Shown: one piece after another, positions 1 to 7,560 of the stretch
Numbering within the stretch: position 1 is the stretch's first letter
How the letters are laid out: each line of letters begins with the position of its first letter
Position numbers and translations under genes: made by a program
Notes under the pieces: model-generated
Told to the model about the DNA's origin: nothing
Database searches by the model: none
Seen by the model: the letters and a program-made list of their open reading frames with translations, nothing else
IMG/VR virus record: IMGVR_UViG_3300020045_005015
Coordinates: 1-38,146 of that record
From: a virus
Lineage: Duplodnaviria > Caudoviricetes
DNA: 38,146 nucleotides
Direction: 5' to 3' (one strand)

Positions 1-103
1 ATTGCCTTAAAGATTTTTTGGTGGCTGTCTTTGTAGAAACAATCGTGCTTTAAAATAGTTATGACGCGGCTTAGTGCCTCTTTCTCGATTAAAATGGCGC
101 CCA
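1..103 (-). repeat. Exact inverted copy of 1829-1931 (inside dnaB); probable chimera
   Basis: 1-103 is the reverse complement of 1829-1931 and replaces the 5' part of another gene. Confidence 0.9.
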
Positions 104-176
104 CGATGCCTTAAACGATGTGTTGGCCTGTGCAAAATGCTTTTTTGAATTAAAAAAATTGGGGTTAATTTTCTAA
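99..176 (+). CDS. C-terminal fragment of a DEDDh 3'-5' exonuclease
   Basis: Reads AHDALNDVLACAKCFFELKKLGLIF*, matching the ExoIII HxAxxD motif; its stop overlaps the next ATG (TAATG). Confidence 0.7.
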   Translation, partial: AHDALNDVLACAKCFFELKKLGLIF

Positions 177-592
177 TGAAAACACATCTAACATATTCGG
201 GTAAATTACTTCTTGTCGAATGGCAAAAGAAACGCTTAGAAATTCTTTCAAGAGATAATTGGCAGTGTGTTAGGTGTGGAGAATTGGAGGGCGTATTCCA
301 TGTGCATCATAAAACGTATGAGAAAGGAAAAGACCCTTGGGATTACCCAAATGAAAACTTTGAAAGCCTTTGTGGTGAGTGTCACAGAAAAGAACATTCT
401 AAAATTCATTTCGATGGACACGGCAACAATGTTACACAGCGTCATATAAATGATTGCTTACCATCAATTGTTTCACTTAATACGGAAATAAACGAGAAAA
501 TGGGATTGTTACAAAGTGGAGATGAATCAGTAATGCCACGAATTAAATTACTAATTAACAAAAGGAATCTTTTAAGAAAAAACCATGCATAA
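176..592 (+). CDS. HNH endonuclease
   Basis: RDNWQCVRCG...HVHHKTY...LCGECHRKEH. Confidence 0.9.
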   Translation: MKTHLTYSGKLLLVEWQKKRLEILSRDNWQCVRCGELEGVFHVHHKTYEKGKDPWDYPNENFESLCGECHRKEHSKIHFDGHGNNVTQRHINDCLPSIVSLNTEINEKMGLLQSGDESVMPRIKLLINKRNLLRKNHA

Positions 593-902
593 ATTAGAAT
601 TAAAGCCATTAAGTGTTAATGAGGCATGGCAAGGTAGACGATTTAAAACTGATGATTATAAAAGATTTGAAAGTAGTTGTTTTTATTTGCTGCCTAAAAT
701 CAAAATTCCTGATGGCAAATTAACACTAAATATTAATTTTTATTTTAGCAACTCAAATTCTGATATAGATAACTGCCTAAAAATGTGCATCGACATTTTA
801 AGTAAGAAATACAAGTTTAACGATAATTTAATTTACAGGCTAAATGTTAATAAATTTATAGTACCAAAAGGAAAAGAATTTTTTGAATTTGAAATAATTT
901 AA
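585..902 (+). CDS. rusA: RusA-like Holliday junction resolvase
   Basis: KPLSVN N-terminus, SDIDNCLK..D and FNDNLI acidic motifs. Confidence 0.8.
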   Translation: MHKLELKPLSVNEAWQGRRFKTDDYKRFESSCFYLLPKIKIPDGKLTLNINFYFSNSNSDIDNCLKMCIDILSKKYKFNDNLIYRLNVNKFIVPKGKEFFEFEII

Positions 903-903
903 C

Positions 904-1020
904 TAATTTTGACACATAATACCAAACGCCACATGAAAACTCAATTAACTTTTATTTAAAATATTCCCCCGAAAGAATCTCTTTCCTTACTGGCGTTTGG
1001 TAGTGGTTCCTAGGGGGAAA
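904..1020 (+). promoter_or_regulatory. Promoter (-7 box TAATTTTG) and structured leader upstream of the initiator
   Basis: TAnnTTTG at 904-911; 920-931 complementary to 991-1002; 964-970 complementary to 1013-1019. Confidence 0.6.
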
Positions 1021-1033
1021 ACATTTTTTACAC

Positions 1034-1777
1034 ATGGCAAGGCCTGAACGCAATACGGTTGATTATTTTCCCCACATTATAGGTGATGGCAAGAAGATGT
1101 TTTTTATACAGCATAAACATGGAAACGATGGTTACGCAACGTGGTTTAAGATTTTGGAGAAATTGGCATCAACCGAATTTCACTTTTTAAATTTAAATAG
1201 CGAGCAGGAAATTTTGTTTTTGTCTGCTTTTTGCCTGGTTGATGAAAAAAGGCTCTTAGAAATTATTTCGGACCTAGCCAAAATTGGGGCAATAAATCAA
1301 AAATTGTGGGATTTTAAAATAGTTTGGTCTGATGTTTTTATAGAAAGTATACAAGATGCGTATTCACGTAGAAATAATAAATGTATACATTTTGAGGGTT
1401 TATGTATACATTTACTAGGTTTAGGTATTACAATAACCCAACAAAGTGCCGAAAAAGATGACAATAACCCACAAAGTAAAGTAAAGTATAGTAAAGTAAA
1501 GAATAGTAATGAGGAAATTAATTTAATCCTTCCATTTAAATCTGAAATTTTTAAAACCGAATGGGATAAATTGTTAAAAACAAAAAAGTGGCAAAAGAAA
1601 TCGAAAGAGGCGTTGGAGGCCAGCCTAACAAAACTAAGTGAATTTACAGAGGCAGAGGCAATTCAGGCGATTAGGGATGCAATAATTGGCGGATACCAAG
1701 GCATTTTTCCTAAATCTAATAATCAAGTAAATCCAAACCAACATTTAACAGTAGCTAAAGCAAAAAACCAACTTTAA
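1034..1777 (+). CDS. Phage replication initiator (DUF4373/Lin1244-like)
   Basis: MARP...VDYFPH N-terminus, GNDGYATWFKILE, KVKYSKVK linker, directly upstream of dnaB. Confidence 0.8.
   Translation: MARPERNTVDYFPHIIGDGKKMFFIQHKHGNDGYATWFKILEKLASTEFHFLNLNSEQEILFLSAFCLVDEKRLLEIISDLAKIGAINQKLWDFKIVWSDVFIESIQDAYSRRNNKCIHFEGLCIHLLGLGITITQQSAEKDDNNPQSKVKYSKVKNSNEEINLILPFKSEIFKTEWDKLLKTKKWQKKSKEALEASLTKLSEFTEAEAIQAIRDAIIGGYQGIFPKSNNQVNPNQHLTVAKAKNQL
1379..1510. repeat. Iteron-like repeats, putative replication origin inside the initiator gene
   Basis: ATGTATACATTT at 1381 and 1402; ACAATAACCCA at 1430 and 1461; AGTAA-type run at about 1475-1510. Confidence 0.55.
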
Positions 1778-3117
1778 TGGAAAACGGAAAATTACAGCCA
1801 CAGGCGTTAGATTTAGAAGAAGCGGTACTGGGCGCCATTTTAATCGAGAAAGAGGCACTAAGCCGCGTCATAACTATTTTAAAGCACGATTGTTTCTACA
1901 AAGACAGCCACCAAAAAATCTTTAAGGCAATTGAAGAATTAGCCAAAAGAAACGAGCCAGCAGATATTTTAACAGTCACTAACGAATTGTTAAAAAACGG
2001 AGAGCTTGATGTGGTTGGCGGACCATTTGCAATTGTTTCTTTAACAAATAGGGTTGCTAGCAGTGCAAACGTAGAGTTTCACGCGCGGGTGGTTTTGGAA
2101 AAGTTTATGTTGCGGGAATTAATTAGGATTTCAGCCGAAACCATAACCAAGGCCTACGATCCAGAGGTTGATGTGTTTGATATTTTTGGAGAGGTCGAAA
2201 ATAACATCAAAAAAACAATCAATTCAAACACAAGGGGAGGTTTCGAAATGATTGAGGATGCAAAAAATAATTTCCTAAACGAGTGCACCATCGCATTAAA
2301 TTCAAACAAGGCCACCGGAATAGAGTGTTCAATTACCAAACTAAATCAACACACAAACGGGTGGCAAAAAGGGGATTTAATAATTTTAGCGGCCCGCCCA
2401 GGTATGGGTAAAACATCTGCAGCTATGGACTTTGCCTTAAACCCCGCCTTAAATGGAATCCCAGTTGCATTTTTTAGCCTCGAAATGTCGACAGAACAAT
2501 TGGCTGCAAGGGTGCTTTCCTTGATAAGCAGAATAGATGTGCAGGAAATTGTAATGAAAAAATTAAACCACGAAAAATTAAAATACCTAATTAACGAGGG
2601 CAAGGCAATTGATGGCACTAAATTATTCTTGGATAAATCAAAATCACTTTCAATTGTCGAGCTGTCCGGTTTGGCCCGAAGGTATGTCAATGAAAACAAA
2701 GTGGAATTAATTGTTGTTGATTACTTGCAATTAATGAAAGGATCAAGTAAAAAATTCGGGGGAAATAGGGAGAATGAAATCGCGGAAATTAGCCGGGGTC
2801 TTAAGTCTTTAGCGCTCGAATTGGATATACCAATAATTGCACTTTCTCAATTAAGCCGAGAATGTGAAAAGCGACCAGACAAACGCCCCCAGCTTTCAGA
2901 CCTTCGGGAATCGGGCGCAATAGAGCAAGATGCCGACATCGTTGTTTTTATTTACAGGCCAGAATATTATAAAATTGAACAATACGACATCGGAAACGGA
3001 GAACAAATATCAACCAATCAACTATTAATTTTTGATTTTGCAAAGTTTAGAAATGGAAAATTAGGTGAAATTATGGCAAAGTTTATTGGTTCAAATGCAA
3101 TGGTGTGTAATTATTAA
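1777..3117 (+). CDS. dnaB: Replicative DNA helicase
   Basis: AARPGMGKT Walker A, FFSLEMS, IVVDYLQLM, LSQLSR, SDLRESGAIEQDAD. Confidence 0.98.
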   Translation: MENGKLQPQALDLEEAVLGAILIEKEALSRVITILKHDCFYKDSHQKIFKAIEELAKRNEPADILTVTNELLKNGELDVVGGPFAIVSLTNRVASSANVEFHARVVLEKFMLRELIRISAETITKAYDPEVDVFDIFGEVENNIKKTINSNTRGGFEMIEDAKNNFLNECTIALNSNKATGIECSITKLNQHTNGWQKGDLIILAARPGMGKTSAAMDFALNPALNGIPVAFFSLEMSTEQLAARVLSLISRIDVQEIVMKKLNHEKLKYLINEGKAIDGTKLFLDKSKSLSIVELSGLARRYVNENKVELIVVDYLQLMKGSSKKFGGNRENEIAEISRGLKSLALELDIPIIALSQLSRECEKRPDKRPQLSDLRESGAIEQDADIVVFIYRPEYYKIEQYDIGNGEQISTNQLLIFDFAKFRNGKLGEIMAKFIGSNAMVCNY

Positions 3118-3120
3118 AGA

Positions 3121-3360
3121 ATGAAACTAATTAAAATTAAAATACATTTTCGGGCCTTCGGGATGGATAACCAAACGATGGAGATAAATAAACTTAAAGG
3201 TTTCGGATTACCTCATGCAGAAAAATTTATTAAAAGGTACACGAACTGTAAAACATCAATTGTTTATTCAATAGAAATTGATGGAGAAATTATTTACAAC
3301 GAAAAATACGAGCCATTTCAAGTGGTAGGAAAATCACAAAATTTAATTAAAAAAATATGA
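3121..3360 (+). CDS. Hypothetical protein
   Basis: Tightly packed in the operon. Confidence 0.65.
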   Translation: MKLIKIKIHFRAFGMDNQTMEINKLKGFGLPHAEKFIKRYTNCKTSIVYSIEIDGEIIYNEKYEPFQVVGKSQNLIKKI

Positions 3361-3743
3361 ATAATTACGTGAAATATTGCCCAAACGTATGGGTTGCAAA
3401 ATGCACTGAAAAACACGAAAAAGGAGAAATTATCCCGGTGGCCACTAAATACGGAAAAGAAAACGATAGTATCGTGTATAATTTTTTAGGAGAAAAAGAT
3501 GGGTTTTATTTTTACTCAATAGTTAGGGCCGAATACTGGGAGAGAAGAAAATCAATAATTAATCTATCAATGCCAGAAAGTTTAGAGTTTTACGAGTTTG
3601 AACTTGAAAAAGCAAAAGCAAAGCATGAAGGATTGAAAAACGGAACTATTGAGCGCGGACACTCTTTTTCTTTAACCTATGCAAAAAAAGAAGTTAACGA
3701 ACTTGAAATTAAAATAAAAACAGCCAAAAAATTATGGGGCTAA
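3357..3743 (+). CDS. DUF3560-related protein, apparently with an internal deletion
   Basis: N-terminus (PNVWVAKC..TKYGKEN..YSIVRA) and C-terminus (INLSMPES..SLTYAKK..KLWG) resemble the Bacteroidota DUF3560 family as I recall it; the central GHHSE core is absent. Confidence 0.6.
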   Translation: MNNYVKYCPNVWVAKCTEKHEKGEIIPVATKYGKENDSIVYNFLGEKDGFYFYSIVRAEYWERRKSIINLSMPESLEFYEFELEKAKAKHEGLKNGTIERGHSFSLTYAKKEVNELEIKIKTAKKLWG

Positions 3744-3756
3744 AAACAGTTAAAAC

Positions 3757-4659
3757 ATGCCAATAGATTATAAAAAATATCCACCAAACTGGCTGAGTGA
3801 AATAAGGCCAAGAATAATGCAAAGAGCAAATAACACTTGTGAAAACCCAGGTTGCGAATTCAGGCATCTAGAAGAAGTTTGGTCTGTTCGTTTTAAGGGT
3901 AAAACTACCGGGTGGTTTCGCGATTTTGATGAAGCAAATTCATACCCTAAGACAATTGAAGGAAAAAATAAAAAGATTATTCCAAACCCTAAAAAAGTAA
4001 AAGTTGTATTAACAATAGCGCATTTAGATCACGATGAATTAAATCACAATGTTACAGATGAGCGATTAAAAGCATTGTGCCAATTGTGTCATTTACGTTA
4101 TGATTCCAAAGAAAAATATAAAAGGTCCTTAAATAAAAAAACCATGAGTAGAGTAATCACGTTTTCACGAACATTCCCCAAGCACTGCAGCAATGCGGGA
4201 AAGCCAACTTATTTTGTTGAGAAATTTATGAAGTCTAAAAACTCGTATATTTTCAATGATAGTGAGGTGCTGCCAATTATTAATCTAAGTGTATTGTCTG
4301 AGTGCAAACCGAAAAGGCACACAATCAGAGCGGGCAATAGATGGAAGGCATTAGATACATTTTCGCCAAGGGTGTGGTCCGGCAAGCCTTATAATTCTAA
4401 GCAAATAATTATTGGTAAGGACACACTAATTACCTCAGTTAGAAGTGTAGTTATTACCAATGGTGAATGGTTTATTGATGATAAATCTATTGCTAAATTT
4501 GACCTCAGAGGCCGCGAATGGTTTTTAAAAGACTGTACGGTTTTAGAGCAATTGGCAATTAACGATGGCTTAGATGTATTGCAGTTAATCGAGTGGTTTA
4601 AATTTCCTTGTGAGTTTAATGGACAGCTTATCGCATGGAACGAAAATTTTAATTATTAA
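3757..4659 (+). CDS. HNH-like domain in frame with an ASCH/PUA-like domain (possible internal start at 4144)
   Basis: MPIDYKKYPPNW...LTIAHLDHD...LCQLCHLRYD, then MSRVITFS...KRHTIR...WSGKPY...LAINDG. Confidence 0.7.
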   Translation: MPIDYKKYPPNWLSEIRPRIMQRANNTCENPGCEFRHLEEVWSVRFKGKTTGWFRDFDEANSYPKTIEGKNKKIIPNPKKVKVVLTIAHLDHDELNHNVTDERLKALCQLCHLRYDSKEKYKRSLNKKTMSRVITFSRTFPKHCSNAGKPTYFVEKFMKSKNSYIFNDSEVLPIINLSVLSECKPKRHTIRAGNRWKALDTFSPRVWSGKPYNSKQIIIGKDTLITSVRSVVITNGEWFIDDKSIAKFDLRGREWFLKDCTVLEQLAINDGLDVLQLIEWFKFPCEFNGQLIAWNENFNY

Positions 4660-4686
4660 AAACACAAACAAAAAAACAAAACAATT

Positions 4687-5049
4687 ATGAATGTAAAAAA
4701 ATTTATGCTAAAGAAATTTCCAACCAATCAATACATTGATTGTCCAGTGCCACAACATCATTGGGAAACTATCCAGGAGTATGCAGAAAAATATTACCAA
4801 TGGAAAATAAAAACAGAAAAAATAGAAATAGGTGATAATGAAAAATTTGGCAAAATTCAACATTATGAAATTGGCGATGTGGTTGTTTGGAGAGGGCAAG
4901 ACCCATGTATAGGTGTTGTAAAAGGTAGGATTAGGGAAAATCATAAATTATCCAACGATTATAATTCACTTCATTATTCCAATCTTAGATTGGCAACCGT
5001 AAAAGAAAAGATAATTTTAGGAGAAAAAAACATATTATTAATAGATTAA
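4687..5049 (+). CDS. Hypothetical protein
   Basis: ORF with A-rich leader, in operon. Confidence 0.7.
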   Translation: MNVKKFMLKKFPTNQYIDCPVPQHHWETIQEYAEKYYQWKIKTEKIEIGDNEKFGKIQHYEIGDVVVWRGQDPCIGVVKGRIRENHKLSNDYNSLHYSNLRLATVKEKIILGEKNILLID

Positions 5050-5052
5050 CCC

Positions 5053-5286
5053 ATGAAACAAAAACTTATAACAGGAATACTAGCCTTAAGCGTAATTATA
5101 CTTATTTTTGTAAGTGTAATTCAAAGCGCTAAATGTAATTATCTATCTGGTAAAATAACTAGGATGGAAATTTACCAAGAATACACAAACAAGGTAATCG
5201 AGACGCAAAACTATGAATTAGGTTTAAGGCCTGTTTACTGCCCGAATGTTAGGAATTGTAAAACGTGTAAAAATAAAGTGAAATAA
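5053..5286 (+). CDS. Hypothetical membrane-anchored protein
   Basis: Hydrophobic N-terminus; its stop codon lies in the TAAC core of the attC-like site. Confidence 0.65.
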   Translation: MKQKLITGILALSVIILIFVSVIQSAKCNYLSGKITRMEIYQEYTNKVIETQNYELGLRPVYCPNVRNCKTCKNKVK

Positions 5287-5413
5287 CGTTTCCGGGCTTG
5301 CCGTCAGGTGGGGATTGAAAGCACTAAACTTTAAATATAGAACAAATGAAAATAGAAAGCACAAATGTTGATTTAAGCACGGAAGCCCCACTTGTGGCAA
5401 ACCCGTGTTATGT
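5281..5413 (-). other. attC-like recombination hairpin
   Basis: TAAC(5284)-GTTTC-CGGGCTTGCCGTCAGGTGGGGATT pairs imperfectly with AAGCCCCACTTGTGGCAAACCCG-T-GTTA(5410), with an asymmetric spacer, a bulge and an AT-rich variable loop. Confidence 0.7.
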
Positions 5414-5675
5414 GCCGTTAATTTTAGAAGGTACGGCAGCTTGCTCAATGAGAGATGAACTTAAAAAAGCAAGATTTGAAAAGAAAATCACTTTAAAGGA
5501 AATTACAGACAAACTTTCAAATATGGAATTACCTAAATGGTTACAAAGTCAAATCTTGCAAATGTCAAACCATAGAAAATATGATAGAATTACTTGCCCA
5601 ATTGAGCAAGCGATGGAAGCAGCAGTAAACTATCATATTGTAAAAGAATTGATGAACGAAGGTGTGTCGGCTTAA
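5346..5675 (+). CDS. Cassette-encoded hypothetical protein (alternative start 5448)
   Basis: ATG lies inside the hairpin loop; stop lies inside the distal inverted repeat. Confidence 0.65.
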   Translation: MKIESTNVDLSTEAPLVANPCYVPLILEGTAACSMRDELKKARFEKKITLKEITDKLSNMELPKWLQSQILQMSNHRKYDRITCPIEQAMEAAVNYHIVKELMNEGVSA

Positions 5676-5737
5676 TGGCACATAACATAAAATATGTATT
5701 ACATCACATTTAACAATTTGATTTAAAATTATATACA
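5672..5737 (-). other. attI-like site / recombinase upstream region
   Basis: TTAATGGCACATAAC (5672-5686) is a 14/15 inverted repeat of GTTATGTGCCGTTAA (5407-5421); no hairpin follows; 51 bp from the recombinase ATG. Confidence 0.55.
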
Positions 5738-6565
5738 ATGAACATTTCTGAACACGCCACATTCTTTGAACAGGAAATGAAAAGGAGAAATTTTAGTGCT
5801 CAAACTATTAATAACTATTCTAGTTGTATAAAAGTTTTCTTTTCTAAATCTAATAAAGACCACCCTAAAAACATTAATGAAACAGACATTAGGTTGTTTC
5901 TTTCTACTTTTGATGAACCAAACACACAAAGGGCTTACCACTCTGCAATAAAAAAGTTTTATGAAATTTGCTTAAATCAAAAGCAGAAATTCCGCTATAT
6001 ACCTTATGCTAAAAAATCAAATAAACTACCAATAGTTTTATCAGTTGATGAAATACAATCAATGTTTAACGTTTGTGAAAATTTAAAGCATAAAGTAATA
6101 CTTGCCTTATTGTACTCTTGTGGTTTACGAGTAAGTGAATTAATTAATTTGAAGTGGGAACACATTGATAGAAGTAGGAAAATAATTAATATAATTCAAG
6201 CTAAGGGTAAAAAAGATAGGCAGATTGGATTACCTGAAACTATTGTACCATTACTAGAAAAATATTTTATGCAATACAAAAGCAAAGAATATATTTTAAA
6301 CGGTCAATCTAGTTTACAATACACCGACAGAAGTGTTGGCGAAGTGATTAAGCAATTAGCATTTAAAGCTGGTATAAAAAAGAAAGTTTATACACATTTA
6401 ATTAGGCATTGTACATTCACTCATCAGGTGGAAATGGGTATTGACATTAATTTAATTCAGAAAATTGCAGGTCATTCATCAGTAAAAACTACCATGATTT
6501 ATACGCATATTTCAGATAACCTAATCAGTAAAATAAATTCACCACTAAACCAAATTCAACTATGA
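5738..6565 (+). CDS. Tyrosine recombinase, integron-integrase-like
   Basis: SAM-like N-domain, KLPIVLS, GLRVSE, KGKKDR, HLIRH, AGH, TTMIYTH, C-terminal SPL. Confidence 0.95.
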   Translation: MNISEHATFFEQEMKRRNFSAQTINNYSSCIKVFFSKSNKDHPKNINETDIRLFLSTFDEPNTQRAYHSAIKKFYEICLNQKQKFRYIPYAKKSNKLPIVLSVDEIQSMFNVCENLKHKVILALLYSCGLRVSELINLKWEHIDRSRKIINIIQAKGKKDRQIGLPETIVPLLEKYFMQYKSKEYILNGQSSLQYTDRSVGEVIKQLAFKAGIKKKVYTHLIRHCTFTHQVEMGIDINLIQKIAGHSSVKTTMIYTHISDNLISKINSPLNQIQL

Positions 6566-6657
6566 AAAAATACCTTTTACTAATCCTGTTAATCTTTGCC
6601 ATTCCTACCGTATCACACGCAAAGAAACACCGTAGAATGATTAACGCCGATGCATAA
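6562..6657 (+). CDS. 31-aa peptide with a Sec-type signal
   Basis: MKKYLLLILLIFAIPTVSHA|KKHRRMINADA; ATGA overlap with the recombinase stop. Confidence 0.55.
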   Translation: MKKYLLLILLIFAIPTVSHAKKHRRMINADA

Positions 6658-6677
6658 GCCATTTAAAAAATAATTCG

Positions 6678-6685
6678 TAAATTTG
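6678..6685 (+). promoter_or_regulatory. Bacteroidota -7 promoter box
   Basis: TAAATTTG upstream of the packaging genes. Confidence 0.55.
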
Positions 6686-6710
6686 GTACTAAATTAGTAA
6701 CAGATAGTAT

Positions 6711-7004
6711 ATGGCGTTTGAGAAAGGACATAGCAAACTTGGAGGCAAAACAAAGGGGTCAGAAAACAAGGTGTCTAAGGCCGCCCGTGAACTTTTTTTA
6801 ACTACATTAGAGGGAGAGGTAGAACACATTTCAGCTTCATTTGCACAAGTTCGTGAAACCGACCCCGCCAAATATTTAGACTTGTTTGCAAAATATGCCC
6901 AATACTTTATGCCAAAAAAATTAGATATTTCAAACTCTGATAATCAAAAAGGCATACCAATAGCAACTTGGGCCAACAAGAAAAATGATAATGGTAAAAA
7001 ATAA
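6711..7004 (+). CDS. Putative terminase small subunit
   Basis: MAFEKGHSKLGGKTKGSENK N-terminus; position upstream of terL. Confidence 0.65.
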   Translation: MAFEKGHSKLGGKTKGSENKVSKAARELFLTTLEGEVEHISASFAQVRETDPAKYLDLFAKYAQYFMPKKLDISNSDNQKGIPIATWANKKNDNGKK

Positions 7005-7015
7005 GTAGGTAGCCT

Positions 7016-7046
7016 TTTGCCAAATCATTTTTTATATGTAAATTTG
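7016..7046 (+). promoter_or_regulatory. Bacteroidota promoter (-33 TTTG, 19-nt spacer, -7 TAAATTTG)
   Basis: Canonical spacing; ATG 4 nt after the box. Confidence 0.65.
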
Positions 7047-7050
7047 CCAC

Positions 7051-7560
7051 ATGGAAACATGGAAAAAAGTACCTAATTTCAGTAAATATATGGCTGAAAA
7101 AAGCGGGTTAATTAAAACCTTTAACTGGAAAGGTTCAGGCCAAGAAAGAATAATGAAGCCAGCAGTTACTAATGGTTATGCAAAAACAGTAATGATAAAT
7201 GACCAGGGCGAGTATAAGTCAATAAAAGTGCATAGAATAATAGCTTTAACTTTTTGTGAAAACCCATTTAACAAAGATTCTGTTAATCATATTAACGGAA
7301 TAAAAACAGACAACAGGGCAGAAAATTTAGAATGGTGTACACATCAAGAAAACATTAAGCATGCGGTAGATAACAATCTTATGGTTGTAATTAAAGGTGA
7401 ACAAATCGGTAATAGCAAACTAAAAGAACATCAGGTTTTAGAAATTAGAGCAAAGTTTATACCAAGGAAATATACAAGGGTAAAATTAGCAAAAGAGTAC
7501 AATGTTACTGAGGGAACAATAAAGGATATTTTGTATAAAAGAACGTGGAATCATATATAA
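7051..7560 (+). CDS. NUMOD4-HNH homing endonuclease
   Basis: ETWKKVPNFSKY, VHRIIALTF, VNHINGIKTDNRAENLEW, C-terminal HTH-like region. Confidence 0.92.
   Translation: METWKKVPNFSKYMAEKSGLIKTFNWKGSGQERIMKPAVTNGYAKTVMINDQGEYKSIKVHRIIALTFCENPFNKDSVNHINGIKTDNRAENLEWCTHQENIKHAVDNNLMVVIKGEQIGNSKLKEHQVLEIRAKFIPRKYTRVKLAKEYNVTEGTIKDILYKRTWNHI

Noticed and set aside
4321-4331. 11-nt match ACAATCAGAGC to the complement of the 8825 sRNA candidate
   Set aside because: Short, mid-gene, plausible by chance
5224-5448. 74-aa minus-strand ORF across the hairpin
   Set aside because: Runs through the att-like site antisense to the operon; no support as a gene
5407-5686. Simple invertible segment (shufflon-like) between the 15-bp inverted repeats
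   Set aside because: Not excluded, but the adjacent attC-like hairpin sharing the same GTTA core is better explained by cassette integration
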